A stretch of 63,481 nucleotides of DNA, the filler included, from Rhabdomonas costata (Eukaryota), in assembly GCA_019059605.1 (NCBI GenBank). It is 47 parts of 47 records of this genome, joined end to end, with 100 filler letters (N's around TTAATTAATTAA, not from the genome) between each part and the next. Parts side by side here need not be neighbours in the genome. Positions count along the whole stretch, not along the records: positions 12,181 to 13,434 come from JAHMHO010021807.1; positions 13,535 to 14,787 come from JAHMHO010021808.1; positions 14,888 to 16,140 come from JAHMHO010021809.1; positions 16,241 to 17,493 come from JAHMHO010021810.1; positions 17,594 to 18,846 come from JAHMHO010021811.1; positions 18,947 to 20,199 come from JAHMHO010021812.1; positions 20,300 to 21,550 come from JAHMHO010021813.1; positions 21,651 to 22,903 come from JAHMHO010021814.1; 39 more parts are not named here. The stretch is one strand, 5' to 3'. Numbering within the stretch: the stretch's first letter is position 1; the number at the start of each line of letters is the position of its first letter. The translations under genes were made by a program, and so were the position numbers. This document shows positions 12,474-25,396 of this stretch, in pieces. Under the pieces are notes generated by a model. The model was given only the letters and a program-made list of their open reading frames with translations. It searched no databases and had not been told where the DNA came from.

Positions 12474-13281
12474 ACCGTGGAGAAGGTGGTGCAGGTGGAC
12501 GTCAACCATGTCCGGGAGATTCCTGTGGAGAAGGTCTTCCATACGTGAGTTTTTTCCGTGTCTTTTCACGTTGAATTGCCCCCTTCGTGGCTCAATGAGA
12601 GGTACCAATTGCGCAATGCTCCAATCTTGAACACGTCGACATTAGGGGCGATCACCAAAGATTTCTTGTCACAGATTGTGGAGAAGGTTGTGAAGGTCAC
12701 GGAGGAGCACATCATCGAAGTGCCCGTTGAAAAGCTCGTGGAGCGAGTCGTGCGGGTTCCAGAAGTCCAGTACATCGAGGTCTGATGGTCCCCCCCCCCC
12801 GCCTCTCTGATGGCTGACTCCCGCAGAACATTCTGGCCATCAACTATCGTCCATGCCACACTACAGCATATGTCACCAGCACGACTGAGGGGTTGTTAGA
12901 AGGCACGTCACGGGCTCAACCCCCCGTCAACCCTATCTTTGACCTTTTTGGCTTCATTGTTCTTGTGGCAACCGTTCCTACCAGCCAACCATTTCTCATC
13001 CTTCCTTCCGGACCCTTGGGAAATGCCTTCTCTCTTTGCTCTGTCCGCAGGTTCCCATTGAGAAAATTGTTCAGGTCCCCGAGGTGCGCGTGGTGGAGGT
13101 TCCCGTGGAGCACATCGTGGAAAAGGTTGTGCAGGTCACCCAGCTCACGGAGCGGGAGGTGCCCGTGGAACACATCGTGGAGAAAATCGTCACCGTGCCC
13201 GAGATTCGAGAGATCTCCGTGCCTATCGAGAGGATCGTCGTGCAGACCGTTGAGATCACGGTGGAAGTTCCCATCGAGCGG
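12474..13281 (+). CDS. Articulin/epiplasmin-like VPV-repeat membrane-skeleton protein (three internal exons)
   Basis: Exons 12474-12533, 12675-12779 and 13051-13281, all AG/GT-bounded and phase 0; repeats of EVPVE(K/H)IVEK(V/I)VxVP. Confidence 0.85.
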
Positions 13282-13745
13282 GTGCTCCTTCTGCCCCCCC
13301 TGCACCCCCTGGGTGCTCGTCGTGGTGTAAAAGGAAATAACATCTACTGGCGAACCTGACAAATTCATTGATCCGATTGCGTTTTCTGAAAGGGGCATAT
13401 CCACAAACGGACGCATCAAGAAAGCAAACCACCTNNNNNNNNNNNNNNNNNNNNNNNNNNNNNNNNNNNNNNNNNNNNTTAATTAATTAANNNNNNNNNN
13501 NNNNNNNNNNNNNNNNNNNNNNNNNNNNNNNNNNGGGGGTTTTGGACAGTCGGTCCTGCTGAACGTCGTTGTAGGTCGTATTTCATACCCACACCGCTTT
13601 GCGTTATTACTGTTTCGCCAGCAGTGCAAGGCCACCATCACTCAGCAAATTAACCTCTCTTCTTGTCCTTTGGTTTCCGTTTTCCATTTGGTTCCGTGTG
13701 TAGGGCATTGCACTGTACGTTCGCCGCGATCCCGCCGGTGCCCAG

Positions 13746-13807
13746 GAGTGGTTCAACAAGGCCCTTCTGGTGCTCCCCTCAGACGGTCCCTCCAGGCGTC
13801 TGCTGAA
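13746..13807 (+). CDS. Possible TPR-like exon (EWFNKALLVLPSDGPSRRLL)
   Basis: CAG acceptor and GTACG donor; F..AL...P.DGPS pattern resembles a TPR end. Confidence 0.25.
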
Positions 13808-16800
13808 GTACGCGGCGATGCATTATTCCCATGTGTTGTACGGAGATTTTTTCCGTTCACACACTCGCCCCCACCTCCGGGTAGGCACACACGCTCGCTG
13901 AATCAGTTCTTCCACCTATACCCCTTCTCCCCTGCAGACACAATCATATGGGAATCAGGCCACGCGCGAGCCAGCACCCCGTGGCACAACTGGGACAAAG
14001 GGCTCGGGAGGTGAGCATCCTCGCTGTCAATGAGTGTGTGCCCTACACGCACACGCGGCACATGCGCAGCTTATAAGTGCAGACTACAGTGAATCACCGT
14101 AGACGTGGCATCAGCCCCACTTCAGCCAGCATGATGAGCGCGCGACAAACGCAGATTTGTCTCCTTCGTAAAACCGCTCCTGGGGACTAGGGACTTGTGC
14201 ACCACCCTGTAATCGAGCTGAAAGATTTGAGATCTGGACCACATATGTCGAACCCAAGAGAACACAGTGCATTCTTCCAGAATGTTCGCTCTTCTTCCCG
14301 ACACGTTCCTGTGCACGTTCGAGTTGTCTTGAGCCCTTCCAAAGTTAACAATAACAACAATTCAATCCAATTGGGGTGAATAGATGAGCCAGCGCTGTTT
14401 CAGGAGAGGGCCCATGTGAGCGTGCGTGCTGGTGGACACGGTTGCACTGTGTGGAAGTAGGCGAGGTTGCTTCATTGCAGTTAAAACGTAATTTTCCTGT
14501 ACCACTATAGGTACTGCTGCGGTGCGCTGGACGGAACCTCGACATGCGATGGAGTGCTGCGAATGTCAAAGTGAGGCCTGACTTTGATGCACGGCGAGGA
14601 AGTGAGGTTCGCCGCATGCGCTTTGTTGTGCCTGAAGAACCGTGGGCAATCTTCCACTTGCCTTCAAACCATCGCTGAGTGATACGTGAATCAACCTCAC
14701 GTCTCAGAAGCCTACGGGCCGCAGTTCCCAAACAAAAAGACCCACACGCCAGACTCATGAGCATGATGGAAGAGTGCACACCACAACNNNNNNNNNNNNN
14801 NNNNNNNNNNNNNNNNNNNNNNNNNNNNNNNTTAATTAATTAANNNNNNNNNNNNNNNNNNNNNNNNNNNNNNNNNNNNNNNNNNNNAGGGCAACACTTG
14901 CAGGGTGGGTGGACAGCAAAGAGGGAGAGAGAAGCAACCATACGGCAGGCCCCATTGCTGCACAACGATTGTTTTCCCATTCTAGTCAGTTGCTGTCCAA
15001 TAACTGACCAGATCACATTCCCTGATAAATCAGCAAAACTCAGCATAGCCGCCTATGTTTGTTCCCCTCCTCGCTCATCGGTGAGACCACCTCAAAGGGC
15101 ATTAAATCCAACCAATGTACGCTGGTTGCTGATGTACATCATATTGTCTAAGGGTGACGTTGGGCACTGAAATCACCCACAACATTTCTTGCTTCCACCT
15201 CGCCTATTGGGGAAGTGGAAGAGCGCCTTAAAGCTCCGTTTGAGGTTAATCTTAGAACATCTGACGAAGGCACACCGCGCGACTTCTTGGGATTCGGCGC
15301 CACATATCGGGTGAAGAATTTGGAGGAAGCGCGTGGCTTCCTTCAATCAAATTTCGACAGGAATGCGTTGGAGGGTTCACAATGCGCTCGCAATGAGCTC
15401 TGCTACTATTCCACAGCTAGCCACGCAGCGCAACACAACCACCAAGTGGTGTGTACCTCTCATCACCTCATCTCGTCTTGCTCCCACGCACATCCCGCTG
15501 TGAGTCAACCTTCGGCTACAGAAAGGGGAAAGAGAGAGAGAGGAAGCAAAAACTCCTTCAATCTCCCCACCCGAGACACCGACGCACGCATGAAGATAAC
15601 ACAAACACAGCCAACATAATTACAGGCACAGCTCGTCACGTACTGCGCGTAAAGCAAGCAGGGGAACCAAAAGCGAGACGCACAGAAGACATTGCCACTC
15701 ACACCACATCGAACATTCCGGAGGTGAGACGCAAACAGATGCTGCTGGGCGGGTACCTACAGCCCTCCTCACGGCTCCCAAGCGGGCCAGTGCGAGAGAA
15801 CAACTGGGCAGAAGAAACAAACTGAAGTGAACAGTAGTAGCCCATGAAAGAAAATTCTGGGCAGCGATAGGGGCGAAACAACCATGGAAAACCCGCGAAC
15901 ACACCTTATTACAGCGCCAACGGCGGTCATGCGGTCAGCAGACGAGAACAGAGCAGCTATACACAATTGTTGGAACGGGGTATTGATGCGAGGAGCAGGG
16001 GCGATCGTACAGCTACAATGCGACAGAGGACTCCTGCCAAGCTGGAATCCTTTGCGATTCAGAACGGTCCCCAGAAACGCTGGGACCGAAGGGTGGAATA
16101 AACCCATACCTACAAGTGCACTGGAGTTACAACCCACCACNNNNNNNNNNNNNNNNNNNNNNNNNNNNNNNNNNNNNNNNNNNNTTAATTAATTAANNNN
16201 NNNNNNNNNNNNNNNNNNNNNNNNNNNNNNNNNNNNNNNNTGTTTGTGGTGCTCCACTCCTCAGAAGGGTGTGGTGGTTGCCTGGCAGCCCTGCGCTGGG
16301 AACTCCTTCCCTGAGGAACGGACTGCCGTGAACTTTCCATTGGCTCAGGCATGAGTGTCTTTCCGAGGTCCAATCTTTTGACTCACAATCAGTTGTTTTC
16401 CTGCACCTGTTCGTTCCGTGGACATTCTGTCGTTCATCACACATTTTTGGCGTATCGATCGATAACTACTCGTCCTGGATTCGGACAGCCGATTTTTCAG
16501 GTCCAAGTCACATTGTTGAGGTAGTAGCCGAGGGTAATGACGACAAGTCAAAGATGAGTTTGGTGCTGGCAGGGGTCGGCTTGCATATTTTCCTGCGTTG
16601 ACCATTCGTACACCCGAGCCAGGTCCTCACGGAACGGGCGCATGCTGAGATGCAAATTAAGAAGCCCTATGGCGGTATCAACACAGACTGACAGTCAGCC
16701 TCCTCCCCCCCCACCCACACGCACACAACCGCCTTTAGACTGGATAATCAACTGCGCCTTTTTCTGGACGGACTTTTTTTCCGCGCGAAGAGGCTGGGAA

Positions 16801-17066
16801 GTATTCACTGCTTTGCACCTCTGAGGCCGATCCCAAAGAAGAAAGCAACGGCCTTTCACCTCAGATTCTCTGCGGGCGAAGGAGGATGTGTCAAAAACCG
16901 AACAGTCGAATCTGTCACGCCGGCAAGCAAACACCGGGCGACCTGCAACGGTTCATCGCATGTGAAAAAAAATATTGGCCACACCATTTTCCCGACACAC
17001 AATCACTCACGCGCAAACCCACTCGCAAAGCCGATACTTGTTCACTACCCGTGCCTGTGCCTACAG

Positions 17067-17280
17067 GAAGAGGTGGATTTGCTGGAGCCACCCCTTCATG
17101 TTCCGTGTGGCACGGCTTATGAGGTGCACGCCATGGACCCCGACAGCGAGCTTTTCCGGGCGTACGCTGAAGAGTGTAGGCGGCGCGCGGCAGCCTCGGC
17201 AGTTCCCTCCCCGACTCTCAGTCACACCAATGCGAGCAGCAGTATGGGAGGTGGCACATCCCCCCCAGCGGTTGGAGCAG
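17067..17280 (+). CDS. Exon of a hypothetical protein
   Basis: CAG|EEVDLLEPPLHVPCG...AVGA|GTGAC; GC-rich coding-like composition. Confidence 0.4.
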
Positions 17281-18534
17281 GTGACCTTCTGGGGCTGCGA
17301 GAAGTGATGGAAAAGTTCCCCACCGGGCTGGAAATGCCATTTCTCGAGCTATGATTGGTGGAGGGTGCGGTAGAGTTCGGGCATCGATTAGGGACTTTGT
17401 GCTGGCTTCCTGCTTGTTTCTCGAGCGGGTGGGGTGGAAGGCATAAGTGTTAATTATGCCCCCCCCCTATCTAATGCATTTATGCCACCCCCCNNNNNNN
17501 NNNNNNNNNNNNNNNNNNNNNNNNNNNNNNNNNNNNNTTAATTAATTAANNNNNNNNNNNNNNNNNNNNNNNNNNNNNNNNNNNNNNNNNNNNGTTTTGT
17601 GGGTCTCTTCAGTCACTTCAAGGTATCAGTCACTGTCAGTCACTTCAAGGTGTAGGGCGTACTAAGATTTCTGTATTACTGCTTTCCTCCCATTAACCCA
17701 CTAATACAGAAATCTTAGTACGCCCTACACCTTGAAGTGACTGACAGTGACTGATACCTTGAAGTGACTGAAGAGACCTACAGTACTCTCAACCCACCGG
17801 ACGCTTGTACCGGACGCTTGTATATGTGCAAATTGGTTGATTTTCATTGATATAACGGACCAACTCCCCGCGAAAACTATTTTGGAATTTCCGGGGACGC
17901 AAGTCTTTCATCGGGAGTGATAGGGGACCTGCGCCCAGAAGAAAGTTGAGAGAGGGCCATCGCGGCTCCATCGTGTGAATGGACCCGCGTGAACATTGGG
18001 TGACAATGATGTAGTGATTTTTGTGGTATGCAGGCGGCCAAGAGCCAGTTGCCGATCCCCTTTCGGCGAGGATGGTTCCTTGTAAAGTAAGTTGTGGGTG
18101 CTGTCGTAAACCTTCTGCTGCGTGAGGCGGGGCAAGAAGCGGCGCAACAGGGATGCGAAACAGCCATCAAGCGGCAATACAACCGGCCGAGGGTGAAAGG
18201 TCGAAAATCTCCTGACCCGAAGTACCGGCCACGCGGTGTTTCGGTAGGCCTGCTGTAAAAACTAAGGGCCCCAGGCTTGCTTCGGCTTCGCCCTCTCAAA
18301 CACAACAATTACACCGAGAGAGGGCCCAAAAATACTTTGACATGAAGTGGGGGCCAACACAGTTGCACCATAAAATGAAAATATGCTGGATGTCCTCGTC
18401 GTTCTTTTCCGAATGTCTGTTTATGGTTCCCATTTGCCCGCTCTCTCTTTTTCTTACATTACCCAGCTCTCGTGACCGTCTTCTGACTTTGGATTTGTGG
18501 ATAGGGTCCTGGTCTTCTCTAAAAACTCTCACAG

Positions 18535-18776
18535 ACAAAGACTTTGCCGCTGACCACGGGCGGCCTCGCGAGAACGGCCGCTCGACGGGTGTCGGGGAGC
18601 GAGGCTTCGATAAGTCTCCGATGGCTCACCTGCAGCAGCTGGCGCGCAGTGGGAATGCCCTGGGAGTGGTGCAAATGCTGCGGACCATGGCGAGCAACCC
18701 CGCAATGGACATCGCCACCGCCAACCACTTCCTCGCCGCGCTGATCCGCACCCGGAAGTTTGGCTACCTCCCTGTG
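18535..18776 (+). CDS. Exon with a PPR-like helical repeat
   Basis: ...LARSGNALGVVQMLRTMASNPAMDIATANHFLAALIRTRKF...|GTATG resembles the PPR consensus. Confidence 0.45.
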
Positions 18777-19447
18777 GTATGCGCAATGCTTGCAGTGGGT
18801 CTGTTCGAGCCTCGGAGACTTATCGAAGCCTCGCTCCCTAAACAACNNNNNNNNNNNNNNNNNNNNNNNNNNNNNNNNNNNNNNNNNNNNTTAATTAATT
18901 AANNNNNNNNNNNNNNNNNNNNNNNNNNNNNNNNNNNNNNNNNNNNGTGTGGTCTCAGCAAAGCAAAGTAGTCGTCATTTCCCGCATCTCTCCCTCTTGC
19001 TCGCTTGTGCTAAAAGCAAAAACGACTGAAAAAGTGAAGAAAAAAAGGAAAGGAAAAAAGCGGACAGCAACCAACGGCCAGTGCCGATGAGCCCCACTAG
19101 AACGTGAGATGTCACACCGCAGGGTTCGGTCACTACCCAGGCTCAAAGCTGGGGTGTGTATGCTCACTCGGTTGTACCCTAACCCACTAACCCAGAGCAT
19201 CAGCCCGCGTGGGGTTGCATGTTACTGATGCGCTCAGACGAAGTACCAGTGATCACTCCTCCTCTGCAGCATAAAAAACGTTCAACATCACCCACCCCCT
19301 CCCTCTGCTTCCAGCCTTCGCACAATTTTCACAAGAAAGCGAACAAATGCGAGTTTGGAGTGAACTTGGGAGGCAACCCCAACCTGTCCATTGCACACAG
19401 AAGGAGGAAAGGCCCCTCTCAAGAAGCGGTCCACGTGTACCCCGCAC

Positions 19448-20190
19448 CGCCCTGCAGAGATGCAGTGGAGGTCGCGGGGGAGGCCGCGTAGGCGGCAGGT
19501 GCGGCCAGGGCGATCAAGGAGGACAGGTTGTAGGTGGATGACCCCGCGGAGGCGCCCGAGCTGCGGATCTGGCTGGGTCCCAGCCCGCGCTCCTCTCGAG
19601 TGCGCTTGATGATCCCTACCAAGAAGGCAGCCTGAATGCACGAGAGAAGGTGGGTGGGGTCATACTGAAAGCAAGGATCCTCAACCACAGCATGGCAGGC
19701 TGTCAGACATGTCTTTTTGGAATAGATCCCCCCAACGCACACATCATCGCAAGTTATATGATTCAAGATTTTATGGGTTCACCACTTTATGCGCATTTGA
19801 AAAGCCCCCCGAAGGGATTCGTCTGGTGATGCTGAGGCGCCTCCCTTCTGCCTGTAGTGTGCATCGGCCGAATGTAAAGAACCTCCCACCCACACTCCTT
19901 CCATGCCTCCTTCCCATTTGCGGTTGCGTTGGGTACCGACTTGCCTCGCCTTATTTTTGTGAGTCACCATTTTGCAAAGCCACAATCTCTCATCAAAGAG
20001 GCACACTCACGAAAGCATACCCAATCGCTCATAATCGACCTTACTACTACTCAGCAAAACACCCAGAACTCGACCCCCCCACCACCACCACAAACACGCA
20101 CATACACCTTATTGTTGATGTCCTGGAGGTTGGCCATGGCGAATCGGTTAAGGCAGTCCCCGGCGTCAGCCTCGCCGATTCGCCATGGCC
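19448..20190 (-). CDS. hnRNP Q/R (SYNCRIP)-type acidic (NURR) domain fragment
   Basis: Exon ~20185-20108 (IGEADAGDCLNRFAMANLQDINNK|GTGTA) plus exon 19631-19448 (CAG|AAFLVGIIKRTREERG...) rebuild the NKxAFLxG(V/I) signature. Confidence 0.7.
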
Positions 20191-20691
20191 AACCCACAAN
20201 NNNNNNNNNNNNNNNNNNNNNNNNNNNNNNNNNNNNNNNNNNNTTAATTAATTAANNNNNNNNNNNNNNNNNNNNNNNNNNNNNNNNNNNNNNNNNNNNG
20301 TTGTGCAGAACAGTTCCGCACACTTGCGGTACACACGTGATTTTGCAAGTGAGGTACACAATTCACGCTGGTGCCGAAGAGCCCATCTACCTGCCTTGCA
20401 AAGCCCCACAACGGCATCGTTGTACCCCTCGCTCCAACTTCTATGGGGGTCCCCCCTGCCCCCGTATCCCTCGATTTGAGCCCGGGCAACGGGATAATGC
20501 GACACAGCGGCGCAGCACATGTGTGCGGGGGATTCCATAACTCCCTGTGAAGTGAGGGATACGTGGGCTTACTTCAGCTTTTTTTTCTTTGCTTCGGATT
20601 TGGCTTCTTCTTTTCATTGGCTTGGGAATGATGGAATGGGGAATGGTGCGTTGTTGCTATCAACACAGCCAGGGAGCCGGCGCCCGGAAAC

Positions 20692-21452
20692 CTGGAGGTA
20701 GATGTACTCCGCTCCGGGGTGTGCCCAGGGGCCATTCTTGACGGCCTCCCGAAGCCTCTCTAGGTTGTGCCGCGTGACCCTCTCAGGGTACGTCAAAGAG
20801 AGTGCTACCAGCTTGGGCACGGCCACCTCTGTGACTTCCAGGTTGGGGTCGGGCGAAATCACCGTGCGCCCTGTAAAGTTCACCTGAGAAGGGCAGGCCG
20901 AGTCGTCAGCTGCTACAGATTAGACATCCGCGCACCGAAAGAAAGAGGGATCTGAGGCCTAATTTGAGAGCCTGCTTTTTAGGGTATGCGTACATTGACG
21001 ACATGACACTGACGACACGACACAGCTACATCATTCACCGAAAGAGGTTATTGAGTCCGGACTGTTTACTCCTGTTAGCCAGTTACGGCACAGAAGGAAG
21101 CGAAGATGTGTGTGCAGGCCCTCCACGCTTATAAACGGTTAATTCACATCGCTACGATACGGTAAGAGCACGGGCCAACAGCATGCCCGCTTGCCGGAGA
21201 GATGGCCTCGGAAACGCCCCGCCTTGCCCTTCAGACGCTGCACCAGTGAGCGCCCTGGGCGACCATCAGCGCGGAGCTTGGGCGGAAACCCGGGCAGCCG
21301 CGAGTCCACGAAGCTCGCGGTGAGCTCCTGGAGATAGTCCCACAGCTCCATCACCTTGGCAAACGGCGCGCCCTTCTCGATGGCCTGCTCCAGCTGGCGG
21401 TTGTACTGCAGCACGTCGCCAAGCTTCATGGTCAGGTCGTCCTCCGTACTTC
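20692..21452 (-). CDS. RPC1: RNA polymerase III largest subunit, two internal exons
   Basis: Exon 21452-21187 (EDDLTMKL...QRLKGKAGRFRGHLSGKR) plus exon 20883-20692 (VNFTGRTVISPDPNL...HPGA); EDDLTMKL and LSGKR point to Pol III; intron 21186-20884 is GC-AG. Confidence 0.92.
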
Positions 21453-22121
21453 CTGTGCCCAAGCCGTGCGGAAACCAATGACTCATACGGCACGATCATA
21501 AGTGGCCGTCGGCGGCCCTCATTACAAAATCGCTGTGTTGAACAAAATCGNNNNNNNNNNNNNNNNNNNNNNNNNNNNNNNNNNNNNNNNNNNNTTAATT
21601 AATTAANNNNNNNNNNNNNNNNNNNNNNNNNNNNNNNNNNNNNNNNNNNNCGGTACGAATATTTGGATGACGTCAGAATGCGCAAAAGCGCAAATGCGAA
21701 TTTGGACGATTTTCACATATTTGCGTGTGTGGAGTATACCAATATGAATGTATTTTTCCTTCTGGTTCTTAGTCAATGTAAGTTGGTAACTTTTTGCGAC
21801 CTTGCCAAGTCGGGAAGCATTGGGTCTGTGAACAAATGACGCAGAATCCTTTGCGATACATATCGAAGAGGAACTCACAAAGCGACTGGGTTCTTGACCT
21901 TCTGTGATGATAAGAGTTAGACCCTATTGCTTCTGGTTTCTGTTTGTTTCTGGTTATCCAAGTAAACGTGTCCCTGGCGGTCACTTTTTGCAGTGGGTGC
22001 ATTGCTCTGGGCTTCGCTAACTAAACTGTGGCGAGTGGGCTCCTCATTGGGGATCCCTTATAGTAAATTCTCCCTTCCCTTTGTGCACGTCTGCTGTTGT
22101 ACAACAGAGATACCACAAAAA

Positions 22122-22370
22122 ATGCCCGTGGTGCTGGTAACGGGTGCCAACAAGGGAATTGGGCTTGCTATCTGCCGGCAGCTGGGCGCGCTGGGATGGC
22201 ATGTTATCATGGCGGCTCGGGACCCTGGGCGTCTGCAGCACGCCGCGGAAGAGCTGAGGGCGGCGGGTTCCGGACAGCTCTCCACGGTACTGCTGGACTT
22301 GGATGACGAGGGCACCATTGCCGCCGCCGCGGCCTCAGTGAAGACCCAGCATGGGGCAATTGATGCTCTG
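22122..22370 (+). CDS. Short-chain dehydrogenase/reductase (carbonyl reductase-like), first exon
   Basis: ATG at 22122; VLVTGANKGIG Rossmann motif, AARD, LDL, HGAIDAL|GTGCG just before the expected VNNAG. Confidence 0.9.
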
Positions 22371-23942
22371 GTGCGCATATGCACCCGCGAACTTTGAAGA
22401 AATGAGAGAGGAGTGCAGCGCAAATGGGTGGCAGCAGGTGCAGCAGAAGTGGGTCAGATGCCATGGAAACCAAGCGACGCCAGCGGTGATCAGCACCTGA
22501 GAAGGATGTGAAAGGAAGTGTCGGCCCGGAATGGGCAATGGAGACCAGGGAGGGGAGCGACCACGACGACCAGACCAAGCAGGTGGGAAGGAGTGCGGGG
22601 TAGTGAAGGGAAGCACAAAGAAAGAGTGGAGCCAATGGCATCCGTGATTGCCGCACGCTGAGGCAGGACCCAGGCTTACGCAAAGGCGTCAGGGGGACCG
22701 AGGTGTACGAGCGCGGAGGGTTGGGCGCCCGTGAAAAGTACTCCAAACGCGCCAGTCGGAGTTCCCAAGGCCCCGTGTACACCGATAGGTCGTATGTCCC
22801 GAGGGGGACACCAGCCCCAGCGGGGGCAGTAACATGAGGCAGCGAGGCGTAGAGGAGACAGAGAAGGGGGTAACACCCGATGGACCCATGCCCCAGGGAG
22901 AGCNNNNNNNNNNNNNNNNNNNNNNNNNNNNNNNNNNNNNNNNNNNNTTAATTAATTAANNNNNNNNNNNNNNNNNNNNNNNNNNNNNNNNNNNNNNNNN
23001 NNNTTTTTTTTGGAGAAGTTTCATCTGTTTGGACTTTTTTCTTCTTGCCTGGGTTGGTTGCAGTGTTTGTGGAATTGGAGCTGCACAGCGTGCACTGATG
23101 GCTCCAAGTACTGTTTGCTGAATGCTGGGTTTGAAAAGGCCGTTGCTTCTGGATTTTGGGGTGGGGTGGTACGAAGATGCAGAGGTTGCTGTTAACGCTT
23201 GTAAAAAGTGATGATACAAGACAAGAGATAAAAGATAAAGATACAAGAGTGGTGAAGACGATCTGACAGCGGTGGAATACGTTTGCTACGCTAATCTACG
23301 GGAGTGCGTCATTGCGAAAGGATGAGTCAAAGACGGATGTGTCGACGGCAATGTATGAGTCACCCCAAGGGCCGTAGGTGAGAACAGGGCGCCCTTTGCC
23401 TTCTCCACCCCTTCCCCACTTTCTCTTCCGCGTGCCCATGGGGAAATGACAATCTCTTTCGCCGCATTGCTAGTTGTGTTGTTATTTGTCATGTGTTCGC
23501 TGCTTTTGCTTTCATTGGATAATTAACAAAACTAATAGCCTGTAATTTAGTTAATTTTAGTGTAGATTTTTTTGGCCACATTAGTATCTTTTACTCGACG
23601 TTTGGGTTGAATTTTTGCTTGGCTGCAACATTCTGAAAAAATATGATGATATGATGATGTGGAAATATTTTCAAAAAGTGAGGATCAAAAAGTTCAGTAG
23701 AAGCCTAACGGGCATTTCATCCCCATAGAAATTTCATCAACTGTAAACACGTTCGTCTTAGCGGTGACCACTTTACGCACTCTCATCGTACACGCCATAC
23801 TGCTCAGGACACGTAGGAGCCACTGGATAAAATTAAAGAGTTAAAAATTAAAAAGTGGATGAAATTATTTAGAACACGTTGGTATTCCTAACCGTCAAAA
23901 TTTTCGAAGTCGGTTTTGACGGAGTGGAGAAAGTGTTCTATA

Positions 23943-23945
<3 letters not shown>

Positions 23946-23977
<32 letters not shown>
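23946..23977. repeat. (GA)n microsatellite
   Basis: Directly visible. Confidence 0.9.
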
Positions 23978-23981
<4 letters not shown>

Positions 23982-24359
23982 GGGGGAGTAGCTGCCCTGC
24001 TAAAGATGAAATTGAAAGTCAATGCTTTAGTTGTGCAATAGTAAAAACCGCCGCCCAAACCCCAAAGCCTCATAGAAGATGCCTTTCTTCTCAACGAACA
24101 GGGCGAAGATCGCCTTTGCCTTCTTCATTCCGGGGCCTTACCCCGGGGCACCCCGAGTGAAGTAGCAGAAAAGCAATGAAATGCAGCGCACTTCACTGAA
24201 AACGCGTTGGCGTGATCAAATCTGAACGTGAGGCAGAAGACTCAGCAAACAAACCACNNNNNNNNNNNNNNNNNNNNNNNNNNNNNNNNNNNNNNNNNNN
24301 NTTAATTAATTAANNNNNNNNNNNNNNNNNNNNNNNNNNNNNNNNNNNNNNNNNNNNGT

Positions 24360-25396
24360 GGGGGTGGGGCAGCTGCCCCCGGGGAGGCGGTGGGATTGCG
24401 GCTCGTGATCCGGCCGATCTCCGAGGAGATTACCGCGGAGGTCATCCGCGAGGTCTTTGAGGGATACGGGCCGCTGTCTGACGTGCACCTCCCGCGGAGA
24501 TTTGACAGTGGAGTGCTGAAGGGCTTCGCCTTTGTGGAGTACGCGCAGCTGGAGCATGCCCAAGCCGCGAAGTATGTTTCGGCCACGTGTTGCCAATTCC
24601 GCAGTTTGGTCTGTGTGCAATGAAAATACTTGGGCACTGCAGGCGACTTTTTCGCCTCAGCGATGCCCTCTAGTGTTACGCTTGTCCACCATGCCTTACA
24701 ACACTACACAACTAATCCTCATCCAAGTCGAAACATATCCACTTGCCCCCCCCCCGTCATCAGGAGGATCCGCTTGGCCCCCCCTCTCAATATTGGGTTT
24801 GCTTTGCTTTTTTTTTCATTTTGGTTGATTTGTAGGGGCTTGGTGGCGAAGAGGTTAGAAGGTGATGCACTCACGGGGGGGGATCCTTGGGACGATGGGG
24901 GGGCCATGCGGACACTCTCCAGACCATTTGGAGGGGCATGCGGATACTTATGCCTTTTGAGTGCTAGTCCCACTGTAGCCTTAAACCAAAGAAACCCGCC
25001 CATCTCTGGCGCACAGACGCAGTTGTATTAGCCTCCCACTCATCAACTCATCAAAGTGAGGTGCACTTCGGGAGGCTCACACACTCTAGAGAACCCTCCA
25101 CTAGATTTAAACATTTTTTAGTGAGCATGTTTTTGATTCAGTTTTCTGCTACCGTTTGTAAACCTGACCTCACCAGCACCACACGCACAAAAGGTCCTTT
25201 GGGTCATTCTTTTCGCTGATCTCCCGCAGCCAATCTCTATCTCTCTCCTCTATCCTTTCAATGCATGGGTGTGCGTTCGATTCTGCTCAGGACGGACACA
25301 CGCAATCGCTCTGCAGGTCTGCGCTGGATGGGGCCGAAGTTTGGGGCAACATGCTCTCCGTCCAGTACGCCGTGAATCCTCGCACGGGACCGCCAG
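24360..25396 (+). CDS. RRM-domain RNA-binding protein fragment
   Basis: Exon <24360-24571 with RNP1 KGFAFVEY; GT-AG phase-2 intron; exon 25317-25396 SALDGAEVWGNMLSVQYA completes the RRM. Confidence 0.88.

Noticed and set aside
23208..23266. Box C/D snoRNA candidate (GTGATGA...CTGA)
   Set aside because: No terminal stem, low-complexity purine interior, and no recognisable rRNA guide.
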